From positions 1 through 53,919 of IMG/VR virus record IMGVR_UViG_3300029171_000010: a DNA stretch of 53,919 bases; one strand, given 5' to 3'. Positions 9,235 through 18,213 of the stretch are shown piece after piece. Within the stretch, counting starts at the first letter, position 1. Every line of letters begins with the position of its first letter. This DNA is from a virus (Duplodnaviria; Caudoviricetes). A program made the translations under genes and the position numbers. The notes under the pieces were generated by a model. That model was not told where the DNA came from, ran no database searches, and saw nothing but the letters and a program-made list of their open reading frames with translations.

Positions 9235-9434
9235 TGACCCACCGCCGCCATGGCTATACCACCATCCACCCCATCGCGCCGTACAGCATCAGCGAATTAG
9301 CGCGGCGGTTACATCTGAGCAGGCCAGCCGTGTATCTGGCGCTCAAGCAAAGACGGATTGCGGTGACAGGCGGAATGATTACATATACACCGGCCACTGT
9401 TGGCAGGCCGGGGAAGGAAAGGGAACGAGGATGA
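9234..9434 (+). CDS. Small HTH protein
   Basis: SISELARRLHLSRPAVYLAL. Confidence 0.75.
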   Translation: MTHRRHGYTTIHPIAPYSISELARRLHLSRPAVYLALKQRRIAVTGGMITYTPATVGRPGKERERG

Positions 9435-9589
9435 CACAAGGAGTAATAATGATGCGGTTGGTACTCGGATCAATGATGCTTATCACTGGCATTATTTCAC
9501 TCTTCGATCCGGCGTTCCATCCTCATCCGGTTAGTGTGGTATGCACAGCGGCTTTGTTGCTGTTGTCATGTTTGGATGGCAAGCAATGA
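9431..9589 (+). CDS. Small two-TM protein
   Basis: ATGA overlaps; hydrophobic. Confidence 0.55.
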   Translation: MTQGVIMMRLVLGSMMLITGIISLFDPAFHPHPVSVVCTAALLLLSCLDGKQ

Positions 9590-9711
9590 CTAAGAAGCCA
9601 CTCCGCCGCGTCTGTGTGCTCTGTGGGTTGCGACGGATCAAGAACTGCAACGGCTGTTATTGGTCGGCAAGGTGTTGCCGAGAGGATAAGAAGAAAGAGG
9701 GGAAGCGATGA
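9586..9711 (+). CDS. 41-aa Cys-rich peptide
   Basis: CVLC...CNGC...CC; ATGA overlaps both ends. Confidence 0.5.
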   Translation: MTKKPLRRVCVLCGLRRIKNCNGCYWSARCCREDKKKEGKR

Positions 9712-10082
9712 AAACACACGATGAACTGAATCGGCTGATAGCTGAGCGGGTGCTCCAAGAGCCACTACAGCCACCATGTGGGTATTACCACAATACTGAT
9801 GACGCGACATTCGAGGATGGTATATGGTATGGCTGGTGCTATACGTGTGGTAAATCAATCGACGAGGTTGCACCAGAACCACGTCGCTACTGCACCGACC
9901 CAGCCGCATGGGGTGCGTTGTTGGTGTGGTTAAAGGAACAAGGCAAACGAGTGAGTATAGAAGGAAACATCTTAAAAGACGACTGGTTTGCAACCGTTGG
10001 TACACATGGCAAAACCGATATGCTCCCCGGCGCAGCGTTGGTACTGGCCACGCTCGCCGCGTATGGCGTGGAGGTAGAGTGA
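9708..10082 (+). CDS. Phage ABA-sandwich-like protein
   Basis: ELNRLIAERV...RYCTDPAAW...PGAALVLATL pattern. Confidence 0.6.
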   Translation: MKTHDELNRLIAERVLQEPLQPPCGYYHNTDDATFEDGIWYGWCYTCGKSIDEVAPEPRRYCTDPAAWGALLVWLKEQGKRVSIEGNILKDDWFATVGTHGKTDMLPGAALVLATLAAYGVEVE

Positions 10083-10429
10083 TGGAATTTGACACCATAC
10101 ACCAAGCTGCACAGTACGGGCGATTATTGATCGCGCTAAGGGCTATTGATTACACTGACAATCAGCCAGTTGTTGACTATAAGCGGCGATGGTTTCAGGT
10201 AATGGATGCCATGCTCCATGCGCGCCAATGCGGAATAGAATCAGGCATTCGCATTGATCCAGATCAACCAGAATGGCCGGTTGTGTTTATTGAGCTACCC
10301 ACCGGCCAGGTATCTTGGCATATCGCACAGCATGGCCGTGAATGGGATGGGCATACTACTGAAGAAAAGTACAGCCGTATTCGCAAACTGTTACAGCAAG
10401 AAGGTGAACGAGATAAGGAGATAGATTAA
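10082..10429 (+). CDS. WDGH-motif phage protein
   Basis: IELPTGQVSWHI...WDGHTTEEKY; GGAGG RBS. Confidence 0.75.
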   Translation: MEFDTIHQAAQYGRLLIALRAIDYTDNQPVVDYKRRWFQVMDAMLHARQCGIESGIRIDPDQPEWPVVFIELPTGQVSWHIAQHGREWDGHTTEEKYSRIRKLLQQEGERDKEID

Positions 10430-10659
10430 TGCACTGGACACCCTGCCAATCGCCCGCTGATCTCCGCATTCGCCGCGCCTACCTCACGGGCGAGCATGGA
10501 TCGGTGGCATACATCGCACGGCTATCGAGCGGCGCATGGCATTGGAGTGTGCTGCGCTATAGCGGGGCGTGGGGGATTGAGCCAACCAAAGCAATGGCCA
10601 TGGAAGCCGCTGAACGGGCGTGGGAGCAGCAAAGCGAGTGGGTGAAAGGGATGAGGTAA
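10429..10659 (+). CDS. Trp-rich hypothetical protein
   Basis: AAGGAG RBS; paralog of next gene. Confidence 0.7.
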   Translation: MHWTPCQSPADLRIRRAYLTGEHGSVAYIARLSSGAWHWSVLRYSGAWGIEPTKAMAMEAAERAWEQQSEWVKGMR

Positions 10660-10862
10660 TGTACTGGACTTACTACCAAGACATGGCGGATTATCACGAC
10701 CAAGAGGGTGAGATGATTGGGCGCATTCATCGCCAGCCAGACGGCTCATGGAGTTGGTGGGTGTGGATATGGTGGTTGTGGTACGGCAGTCACCAAGGCG
10801 AACAACCAACACAGGCGGAAGCCCGACAGGCGCTGGAATTGGCATGGAAAGAAATGAATTGA
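10659..10862 (+). CDS. Trp-rich hypothetical protein
   Basis: TAATG coupling; paralog of previous gene. Confidence 0.65.
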   Translation: MYWTYYQDMADYHDQEGEMIGRIHRQPDGSWSWWVWIWWLWYGSHQGEQPTQAEARQALELAWKEMN

Positions 10863-11209
10863 TCTACACCGTCGCTGAACTTGCCGCACGTTGGCGCGTA
10901 TCTGATGCTACAATCATCAGGATGTGTCAGCGTGGCGAGTTGGCGGCGTTTCGCGTCGGGAAGTGTTGGCGCATTCCAAGCGTTGCCATTGCCGCACATG
11001 AGGAGGGAGCGACATGGCAAAGAAGCCAAAACCCCGCCGCGCACGAGGAAGCGGCTACGTTACCTACAATAAAAAGCGAGGCACCTATAAAGCGGTCTAC
11101 GCTGGAAAAAGCAAGAGCTTTAGTACAGCAAGCGACGCTGAGTCATGGCGAGCCGAGCAACACCGCATCGCCAGCGCCCCGCCGCCGCGCTTTGCCGATC
11201 AAACCCTAA
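10844..11209 (+). CDS. xis: Excisionase-like HTH protein
   Basis: YTVAELAARWRVSDATIIRMCQRGELAAFRVGKCWRIP; overlaps integrase start; exact start uncertain (10844 or TTG 10859). Confidence 0.8.
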   Translation: MERNELIYTVAELAARWRVSDATIIRMCQRGELAAFRVGKCWRIPSVAIAAHEEGATWQRSQNPAAHEEAATLPTIKSEAPIKRSTLEKARALVQQATLSHGEPSNTASPAPRRRALPIKP

Positions 11210-12123
11210 GTATTGCACTCGCTGAACTCCTCGAAGCCAAAGCGTATACCAGAGACGGTACCCAAGAGCAGTATGAACACCGCGCCAAAGTAGCGCTCCG
11301 CACGATTGGTAATATCCCCATTACCAGCATCACCAGCGCAACCATTGCCGCCATGGATCAAACCAACCGCAAAACGTTGGCCGCCGAAACGTGCGAGCAT
11401 GTGTTGACGTTGCTCTACACGATGTTTGATCGCCTGATTGCGCTTGACGTGCTCACCAAGAATCCCGTCGCCGTGTATCGTAAGCTCATCCCCAGCCGCG
11501 CACGCGGTGGCAGGGCTGCCCGCGAGCCCGTGGTACTCACGCCTGCCCAAGTACGCACTTTGTTGCGTGCCATTGACGGCGAATACCTCGCGCCGTTCTT
11601 GACCTGGCTGTGCGTGTTGCCGCTGCGCGTCTCGGAATTACGCGGACTGACGCGTGACAACGTGCATGTCACCAAGCGCATGATTACGATCAGCGAGCAA
11701 CGCACGCACCGCGATCCGCACCAGCCAGCCCCGCCCAAGAGCAAGGAAAGCATGCGCGATCTGCCGATTACCCACGATCTTATTCGTTGTATGCCGAATC
11801 AGCGCTCGCATCTCAACCTGGTGTTTCCCAACACGGTTGGTAATCCCGTCTATGATGAGTCATTGCGCGATTGTTTGCGACGGGCCCATCTTGTTGCCGA
11901 TCTGCCAGTATTCCGCATCCACGATTTGCGGCATACGGCAGCAAGCAATATTGTGAATCTCGGCTGTCCGAAGGAGTATATCCGTGCGTTGCTTGGCCAT
12001 GCGCCGCGTGATGTGACGGATCGTTATGTGACGGTAGACATGGAGGTGCTCAGGCCGTATGTTGAGGCGTGGAGCGCGGTGGTATTTGGGAGTGGTGCGA
12101 ATGTTATCAAGATGCAGGCTTGA
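11014..12123 (+). CDS. int: Tyrosine integrase
   Basis: LRVSELRGL, PKS, HDLRHT, LLGH, DRY catalytic motifs; RARGSG N-terminus. Confidence 0.95.
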   Translation: MAKKPKPRRARGSGYVTYNKKRGTYKAVYAGKSKSFSTASDAESWRAEQHRIASAPPPRFADQTLSIALAELLEAKAYTRDGTQEQYEHRAKVALRTIGNIPITSITSATIAAMDQTNRKTLAAETCEHVLTLLYTMFDRLIALDVLTKNPVAVYRKLIPSRARGGRAAREPVVLTPAQVRTLLRAIDGEYLAPFLTWLCVLPLRVSELRGLTRDNVHVTKRMITISEQRTHRDPHQPAPPKSKESMRDLPITHDLIRCMPNQRSHLNLVFPNTVGNPVYDESLRDCLRRAHLVADLPVFRIHDLRHTAASNIVNLGCPKEYIRALLGHAPRDVTDRYVTVDMEVLRPYVEAWSAVVFGSGANVIKMQA

Positions 12124-12138
12124 CAGGTATGATATACT
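12120..12138 (+). promoter_or_regulatory. Short-spacer promoter-like site
   Basis: TTGACA-ggtatga-TATACT (7-bp spacer). Confidence 0.6.
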
Positions 12139-12169
12139 ATGTATGTCGATATGACTATCAAGGTGGTAT

Positions 12170-12409
12170 ATGCCTAAACCAGAATTAACAGAAGCTAAGG
12201 TGCATCAATTGTTTCTTTCGGCGATTACCAACGCTGGCAGTCAACGGAAGTTTGCAAAGATTCACGGGTTAACGGTTTCGTACATTAACGACATGGCGAA
12301 CAAGCGCAGGCAGTTGTCGGATCGGATTTTGCAATCGTTTGGCGTTGTGCGCGAGGTAACGGTGACGTATCGATTTGTCGATACGTTACAACCCGACTCC
12401 GACGAATAG
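12170..12409 (+). CDS. Cro/XRE-like HTH protein
   Basis: GSQRKFAKIHGLTVSYINDMANKRR. Confidence 0.7.
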   Translation: MPKPELTEAKVHQLFLSAITNAGSQRKFAKIHGLTVSYINDMANKRRQLSDRILQSFGVVREVTVTYRFVDTLQPDSDE

Positions 12410-12419
12410 GGAGACTTAA

Positions 12420-12908
12420 ATGCAATTAGAAGTTGAGGCAGCAGCACAATGGTGGACTGATCGACTGCGTAAGGCACCGGGATTTCAAAATGCTGGTGTG
12501 CGTACGCGAGACGAAATTGAATTATCACTTGCACGCACGATAATACAGAACGAATCATATACGCCACTAAGCGATCAATCCCTCCAAGTGTTCCACGAAA
12601 CACTGGCGCAGGTTATTACGCAACATATTGGATCGAATTGGTATCCCGACGATCCACTGCGCGGCGGCATGTTGTACGGTCGGATACTTTCAGTTGATTA
12701 TGGTGTGTCACCTGAAAGTATTCTTGGTATTGCATTGTCTGTGGCTAATATCAATAATAATCGATTGCCAACAAAGACAGTTATGTGGATCGATCCAGGT
12801 TGTGTATCGGTGCGACAAGGATACGGTGCTGGATTGGTGATAATTTTTAGCAATACCAAGTGTACCAGCACCGATAACAGCAACAAGGTGCCGGATAGTG
12901 CGTCCTAG
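12420..12908 (+). CDS. Hypothetical protein
   Basis: GGAG RBS; AAAQWW...LSVDY...LPTKTVMWI...V.QGYGA. Confidence 0.75.
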   Translation: MQLEVEAAAQWWTDRLRKAPGFQNAGVRTRDEIELSLARTIIQNESYTPLSDQSLQVFHETLAQVITQHIGSNWYPDDPLRGGMLYGRILSVDYGVSPESILGIALSVANINNNRLPTKTVMWIDPGCVSVRQGYGAGLVIIFSNTKCTSTDNSNKVPDSAS

Positions 12909-13040
12909 TGCGCAGCCATCACATTGTGCACAAATGTAGCGGCTCGTGCAGCGCTACGCCAGTATGCGGCATACGGTACCTGCACTAGCTTCAAATAAAC
13001 GATTTCGCGACAGTGTAGCAGCACCGTAACAGCAACGAGG
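12859..13040. repeat. Imperfect ~30-bp direct repeat pair; candidate attP region
   Basis: AGTGTACCAGCACCGATAACAGCAACAAGG (12859) and AGTGTAGCAGCACCG-TAACAGCAACGAGG (13012). Confidence 0.55.
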
Positions 13041-13050
13041 AGGAAACGAT

Positions 13051-13365
13051 ATGGAGCTAGACAATCTTAAACCAGGTGACCATGTGTATTTAATTTACGC
13101 CGAACGGATCGCTACAATTGATCGCATCACGCGGCATGGCCGATTTATTATAGGCAACGAAACGTATAACCCCGATGGTTGGCTGTGTGGGTCGATGTTG
13201 GACAGGATTGTTCCGGCAACTGATCGACACCGTGAAGAGATTGAAAAGCGCCAGATTGCAGCGTACCTTGACAACATGAATTGGCGACAGGTGCATATTG
13301 GTCAGTTACGGCAGATTCAAGGTTTTCTTCATGGTGTGGCAATAAACGAGAAAGAATCGACATGA
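13051..13365 (+). CDS. Hypothetical protein (SH3/KOW-like N-terminus)
   Basis: GAGGAGG RBS; LKPGDHV. Confidence 0.75.
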   Translation: MELDNLKPGDHVYLIYAERIATIDRITRHGRFIIGNETYNPDGWLCGSMLDRIVPATDRHREEIEKRQIAAYLDNMNWRQVHIGQLRQIQGFLHGVAINEKEST

Positions 13366-13646
13366 AACCACGTACCATCCTGATCACCCTAGTCGTTGCC
13401 CTCATCCTGATCGTGCTGGCCGTAAGTACCGCACACGCCAAGACCCCACGCGCAACCGTGGAGATCACCGCGGTCACGGCGATGGATGAGGGTTTGTACC
13501 GCGTCTCGTTGGCAGACGGCGTAGAGCTGCTGGTGTTGCCAACCAGTGTTCGTCGAACACAGCCGCCGGTGGCAGGAATAGCACAACTCAGTCCGCGCAC
13601 GTTGTGGCAGGGGCGGGCATCGTGGAAGGTTAAGGTGATACGATGA
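13362..13646 (+). CDS. Secreted or membrane-anchored hypothetical protein
   Basis: MKPRTILITLVVALILIVLAVSTAHA signal-like N-terminus; ATGA overlaps. Confidence 0.65.
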   Translation: MKPRTILITLVVALILIVLAVSTAHAKTPRATVEITAVTAMDEGLYRVSLADGVELLVLPTSVRRTQPPVAGIAQLSPRTLWQGRASWKVKVIR

Positions 13647-13873
13647 ACACTGAACGCCAACTCAAACAATGGCTATCGCTGAATCAACAAGTAACTAACA
13701 TTCGCCAACACAGCAAACCAGTTGATAAGCGCTCCTATGCACGACGGAAACATGTAATAAATTGCGCGATTCACCAAGAGAAACGCCTCTGGCGTAATCT
13801 GCGCGCGGTGTACAGCGTTGCCGAGTTAGATGCGCTGTACACAGCAGCAACGGGGAGGAAGGTGATGCGATGA
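13643..13873 (+). CDS. Hypothetical protein
   Basis: AAGGTG RBS; ATGA coupling. Confidence 0.65.
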   Translation: MNTERQLKQWLSLNQQVTNIRQHSKPVDKRSYARRKHVINCAIHQEKRLWRNLRAVYSVAELDALYTAATGRKVMR

Positions 13874-14112
13874 AGGAACCAGACTACGGCGAACAATCCT
13901 ATGAAATGTACAAAGCTGTATTTCAAGATAAGCCAACGCGGGAACAGTATGCATTGACATTGCTTGATGCCATCGAAACATTAGACGCGCACGGCGAATT
14001 GTTGACACTCACCAAGTTGCTTGATAGCTGGCATAGCGCCACGCCAGGTGATAGAACACAACCGACATTAGCGGCGATGTTAATCGCCAAAGCAGAGAAA
14101 GTGAGAAAGTAA
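13870..14112 (+). CDS. Hypothetical protein
   Basis: ATGA coupling. Confidence 0.65.
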   Translation: MKEPDYGEQSYEMYKAVFQDKPTREQYALTLLDAIETLDAHGELLTLTKLLDSWHSATPGDRTQPTLAAMLIAKAEKVRK

Positions 14113-14514
14113 ATGGGAACACGGGCAGATTTTTATATTGGACGCGGCGAAAGTGCGGAATGGCTAGGATCGATTGCATGGGATGGCTATCCTAGCGGGA
14201 TTGACAATACTATCAAACAAGCAACCACTGAAGACGAGTATCGCCACGCGGTATCGGCGTTTTTAGCATCTCGCGATGATGCGACCCTGCCGGAGCGTGG
14301 CTGGCCATGGCCGTGGGATGACAGCAACACAACAGATTATAGTTATGCATTTGACGACATGGTGTATGGTACGTGTTTTGGTTATGGTTGGTGGCCCGTC
14401 AACGAAAAGCCAGATGATCGACCTCAAGAACAGAAGGTAATATTTCCGGACATGGCAGATCGAAAAAAAGTTCGTTGGGATCAGGGATCAGGGCTAATAT
14501 TACTACGTGGATAA
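14113..14514 (+). CDS. Hypothetical phage protein
   Basis: MGTRADFYIG...WDGYP...GWPWPW...DYSYAF. Confidence 0.75.
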   Translation: MGTRADFYIGRGESAEWLGSIAWDGYPSGIDNTIKQATTEDEYRHAVSAFLASRDDATLPERGWPWPWDDSNTTDYSYAFDDMVYGTCFGYGWWPVNEKPDDRPQEQKVIFPDMADRKKVRWDQGSGLILLRG

Positions 14515-14605
14515 AATAACACCGGGCGCGATCTGATCATCGCCCCGGCACGGCTCCGAGGAATAGTTCAGAGCGTGCCAATTGTAGCACGCGGAAGGAG
14601 ATCAT

Positions 14606-14785
14606 ATGTTGTCACTAGGAACCGTCGTCACTACGCCAACCGGCGCGAGTGGCGAGATCATCGACGCGTTCACCAACTGGCGAGATCGCGGTGCGTGTGT
14701 CGAGGTGTGGATGGCAGAGATCAGGACAAGTGTCATCTGGCGTGCAGAGGATGTGACGGTAGCAGAGGAGGAAAGCGGCGAATGA
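14606..14785 (+). CDS. 59-aa hypothetical protein, not in ORF track
   Basis: AAGGAG RBS; MLSLGTVVTTPTG...; ATGA overlap with next gene. Confidence 0.65.
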   Translation: MLSLGTVVTTPTGASGEIIDAFTNWRDRGACVEVWMAEIRTSVIWRAEDVTVAEEESGE

Positions 14786-15375
14786 CTCACCACAAACTCC
14801 TCAGTATCATCGCCGTGCCATTACTGGCCGCCCCAAGTGCGTATGGCGTGTATATGTATCTTGAGCCTGAGAGCGGTATCGCAGCAGCGGTGAGCGCGGC
14901 TATCGGCTTCGAGCTTGCTTATATCGGCGTGAACGTGCTGGCACTCCACACGCCAGAGCAACGCCAGTATGCGCAGCGCGTGGCGCTGGCAGCAGTAGCA
15001 ACAGCGGTCATCTTCAACACACTGGCACACTATCAACTGAAAGTACCTGGTGCGTTCACTGGCGCATCACTGTCATGGCTTGCGTTATCACTCTCACTTT
15101 TGACAGCGCTTCCACTGGCAGGACTGGCGTATGCGCTATCAGTGCTGTTGCATCGACTATCAGAGCATGAGAGCAGTATGACACAACGCCAGCGCGATGA
15201 CAGCACCGCACTATCAACCATGCTGTCATCGCCGCCAGTGCAGAACACGGTCAATATCCTGGTTGAGAGTGATAGCAAGAGTAACCGCGTCAAGCAACTG
15301 GCAGCGCAGCACGGCGTGAGCGAGTCAACGATGTGGCGGCGCGTCAAGCGCCAGCCCGAACTACTGGAGGAGTAA
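14782..15375 (+). CDS. Four-TM membrane protein with C-terminal HTH
   Basis: Hydrophobic helices, GFELAYIG; VKQLAAQHGVSESTMWRRV; GAGGAGG RBS. Confidence 0.75.
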   Translation: MTHHKLLSIIAVPLLAAPSAYGVYMYLEPESGIAAAVSAAIGFELAYIGVNVLALHTPEQRQYAQRVALAAVATAVIFNTLAHYQLKVPGAFTGASLSWLALSLSLLTALPLAGLAYALSVLLHRLSEHESSMTQRQRDDSTALSTMLSSPPVQNTVNILVESDSKSNRVKQLAAQHGVSESTMWRRVKRQPELLEE

Positions 15376-15378
15376 ACA

Positions 15379-15603
15379 ATGAACGCAATACAAATGGTTC
15401 ATTCGGTCGTTGTTGTTATATGCGATCAACTGACTGACGATGAGTTGATAGCTTTGAATCTGGTGGCACAACTCGAATCATCGCCTCACGGTCGGATATT
15501 TGATTTTAAAAAAGTAAGCGCTTTGTTCGACGGTAACCATAAAATGCATGACATTACAAGAGATGCATTGAACGAGTATTTTATCAAACGAATGAAGGTT
15601 TAA
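15379..15603 (+). CDS. Hypothetical protein
   Basis: GGAGGAG RBS. Confidence 0.65.
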   Translation: MNAIQMVHSVVVVICDQLTDDELIALNLVAQLESSPHGRIFDFKKVSALFDGNHKMHDITRDALNEYFIKRMKV

Positions 15604-15619
15604 TAAGCGGAGGAGTAAC

Positions 15620-15973
15620 ATGGGAATATTCGAGCAATGGGAAGCGGGCGATGTTACCGATATTGAAGCCGCACGCGTAATCTGGGGTGACCTCTCGGAG
15701 ATCTCCGACCGGTTGAAATCAATCGAGGAAGCCAAAGAGGAAAAGCGCTATCAACTCGGTTGTATCGTGGCAAGAACGGGAACCTTGAAACTGGCAGGCT
15801 TAGGCAAGGCCAGTATCACCAGCCCAAGCGTCACCATTGGCTACGACAAGAAAAAGATCGAATCACTGATCACCGATTTAGCAAGCAGCCATCCTGATAT
15901 TGCCGCGCAATTGTTGCAATGTCGCACCGAAAGCGTACGTAATGGCTCGCTACGTATTGAGAAAGAGAACTAG
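15620..15973 (+). CDS. Hypothetical protein
   Basis: GGAGGAG RBS. Confidence 0.75.
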   Translation: MGIFEQWEAGDVTDIEAARVIWGDLSEISDRLKSIEEAKEEKRYQLGCIVARTGTLKLAGLGKASITSPSVTIGYDKKKIESLITDLASSHPDIAAQLLQCRTESVRNGSLRIEKEN

Positions 15974-15975
15974 CC

Positions 15976-16179
15976 ATGCAACCAAAATCAAAAATCGATT
16001 GCGTGATCGATGGTATTGCCATCATCCGAAAATACCAGCCTAACCCCGATATATCCGCCCAAAACGAAGTCATCTACTGCGGCAAGTACAACAGGGATGA
16101 TATGGAGGAGGGAGATCGTAATCTCATGTATGTCTGGGGCTGGAGAGAAGAACGCGAAAGCTGGCGAATCTATGTATAG
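15976..16179 (+). CDS. Hypothetical protein
   Basis: Operon context. Confidence 0.6.
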   Translation: MQPKSKIDCVIDGIAIIRKYQPNPDISAQNEVIYCGKYNRDDMEEGDRNLMYVWGWREERESWRIYV

Positions 16180-16180
16180 C

Positions 16181-16339
16181 ATGCGGTACCGCGTCTGTTG
16201 GCGAGATGCGTCGGGCGAAGTAAAGCACGGTTTGCCGATGTCGAAAGATGCCGCCGTTGCTCACGCTGCGGCGTTAAATCGAAAATACCCGACTATTTTT
16301 CATTGGATTGAGGAGGTGTCAGATGGGCGTACAGAGTAG
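16181..16339 (+). CDS. Hypothetical protein
   Basis: Fills gap; MRYRVCW... Confidence 0.5.
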   Translation: MRYRVCWRDASGEVKHGLPMSKDAAVAHAAALNRKYPTIFHWIEEVSDGRTE

Positions 16340-16784
16340 TGATCTTGTGAATGGTGTTCCGGTTTCGCCGTGGATGAAGCGGATTAAGGCGATCAAGCGC
16401 AACCAGATAGCATCAATCATCGCGTGGTTTGGGGCGGCCTACACCACGTACCTGTGTGTACTGGCGCTCGAACCAAAAACAGAATGGTTAACGGCACTCG
16501 GCATTGGCATGGTGTTTCAGTTTGTGTTCACGGTTGCGGAGCGCCCGTTTCTCCAGCGCAAGGCCAGTATTTTCACCTATCTCGTGTTGGCGGTTGACGC
16601 AATTATCAATGCAGGCGGTATCTACCCAGCGCTTGCGAACCTCTCCGATACGCCGCCTGTTGAGATGATTGCGTCGGTTGGCATTGATTCAACCGTATCA
16701 AGCGCCGCTCGACTGTTGATAGCACTGGTACTTGGTGTTATCATAGCCCTAGCACCGGAAGCGCTTTGGCGAATGGAGGAATGA
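16323..16784 (+). CDS. Multi-TM membrane protein
   Basis: GGAGGTG RBS; four hydrophobic segments. Confidence 0.75.
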   Translation: MGVQSSDLVNGVPVSPWMKRIKAIKRNQIASIIAWFGAAYTTYLCVLALEPKTEWLTALGIGMVFQFVFTVAERPFLQRKASIFTYLVLAVDAIINAGGIYPALANLSDTPPVEMIASVGIDSTVSSAARLLIALVLGVIIALAPEALWRMEE

Positions 16785-16785
16785 C

Positions 16786-17319
16786 ATGAATTTAGGCGAT
16801 ATGATTACCCTGGCCCTGCTGGCTGGTGGAACCTATGCTCTAGTATGGCCGTGGCTGAAACGGCATGGGTTGATCATGCCGCCAATCTTCAGTAACCTCG
16901 CTACATGGATTGCGAATACGTGGAACCGACTACTCCCTCATCCACCTGAATATTATCGTCAAGTACGCGAGCCAGTTGCATCAAAAAACGAAGCCAATGA
17001 GTCGCCATTTTCCGCGCCTTTGGAAATGGAAACAAAGCCGTTTCCAGCGCTTTCCCAAGCCGTGGAAACGCTCGGAAACAGTAACTTTCATTTCCAGAGC
17101 CTAGAAGCTGCTAACGCGCATGCGGAAACACTATTAGTTGAGCGCCTTGCTGAACTGGTACTCGCTGATAAACTTGACAAGTCGATTGCTATCAAGGTCG
17201 GGTTACGAGCGCCAACTGGACGCGCCTATCAAACAGCCAAAGAACGACTCGAAGCTGCCATGCAAAAACAACAGTATCCGACATTGGTGGCGAGTCGGAC
17301 AAAGGCCGCAACCCGCTAA
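16786..17319 (+). CDS. N-terminally anchored hypothetical protein
   Basis: GGAGG RBS; single TM. Confidence 0.7.
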   Translation: MNLGDMITLALLAGGTYALVWPWLKRHGLIMPPIFSNLATWIANTWNRLLPHPPEYYRQVREPVASKNEANESPFSAPLEMETKPFPALSQAVETLGNSNFHFQSLEAANAHAETLLVERLAELVLADKLDKSIAIKVGLRAPTGRAYQTAKERLEAAMQKQQYPTLVASRTKAATR

Positions 17320-17338
17320 CTAACTCACCCCACCCACC

Positions 17339-17366
17339 ACCCCGATCTATCACGGATCGGGGTTTT
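17339..17366 (+). terminator. Terminator at the convergence of early and late arms
   Basis: accccgatc-tatcacg-gatcggggt followed by ttt. Confidence 0.7.
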
Positions 17367-17367
17367 G

Positions 17368-18213
17368 CTATCCACCGTTGAGTAATATCGGCATCGCCAG
17401 CGTATACCGCGCTGGTACTGCCGTCTCCGCCAACACCTCGCCGCTCGTACTCAGCAGGACGATGCGCCGCCCCATGCGTGCGGTGTAACCCACATCGCCT
17501 GCTAGTGGCATGATAGCCTCGCCTGACGCTGCACACGGTGTATCACTCAGATACGTCCATGCTGCGCCGTCGACGGCGTACAGACATGCCGACTCTGGCG
17601 CGCTCCACGTGACATGGAGGCCGTCGGGCTGCCACTGCGTGGTGAGGGTGGGGGCAAGGATAGCCGCTGCAATCGCCGCATGCCCTGCATTATCGGGGTG
17701 CACCAGATCGTTCGTTGTGCTGGGCGGTATGCCCTGAAGATCGACAAATGGCGCAAGATCGCGCACGCTCTCGGCATAGCGGGCTACTTGCGCATCGCTG
17801 CCATGATTCCATTGTGGTGCATAGGCTGCGTAGCCAGCAGGGGACATACGCAATCCTGACACAAGCACGACCTGCGCGCCGCGTTGCTGCATCTGTGTCA
17901 CGCCTTGTGCCACGGTCGCACGAAATTCGGTAATCGGTGTACCTGCACGCATGTCATTGTAGCCAACCAGCCAAATAACGGTATCACCCCTAGTGACCGC
18001 GGGGATCGGCTGCTCTGCAACCCGTGAGCCACTGATGGCAACGTTCGTCAGTGGCATGCCCAGATCGCGCGCGACGATGGCCGCCCAACTGCGATCCGGT
18101 GTTGACGCGCCGCGTCCCACCGTGATGCTATCGCCCATGACGACAAGGCGCGGCGTAGGCACGGCAGGAGGAAGAATCAGTAAAAACAAAAAACAGCAAC
18201 AAAGTTTAAGCAA
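17368..18213 (-). CDS. Secreted SGNH/GDSL esterase
   Basis: GDSIT, AISGS, GYND, DLVHP; hydrophobic N-terminus; start probably TTG 18213. Confidence 0.88.
   Translation of the reverse strand: MLKLCCCFLFLLILPPAVPTPRLVVMGDSITVGRGASTPDRSWAAIVARDLGMPLTNVAISGSRVAEQPIPAVTRGDTVIWLVGYNDMRAGTPITEFRATVAQGVTQMQQRGAQVVLVSGLRMSPAGYAAYAPQWNHGSDAQVARYAESVRDLAPFVDLQGIPPSTTNDLVHPDNAGHAAIAAAILAPTLTTQWQPDGLHVTWSAPESACLYAVDGAAWTYLSDTPCAASGEAIMPLAGDVGYTARMGRRIVLLSTSGEVLAETAVPARYTLAMPILLNGG

Noticed and set aside
12985-13000. CTTCAAA as a tRNA anticodon-loop fragment
   Set aside because: No stems or T-loop; no tRNA gene recognised anywhere in the window
14575-14781. N-terminal extension of ORF 14575-15375
   Set aside because: Occupied by a separate RBS-led 59-aa ORF; real start at 14782
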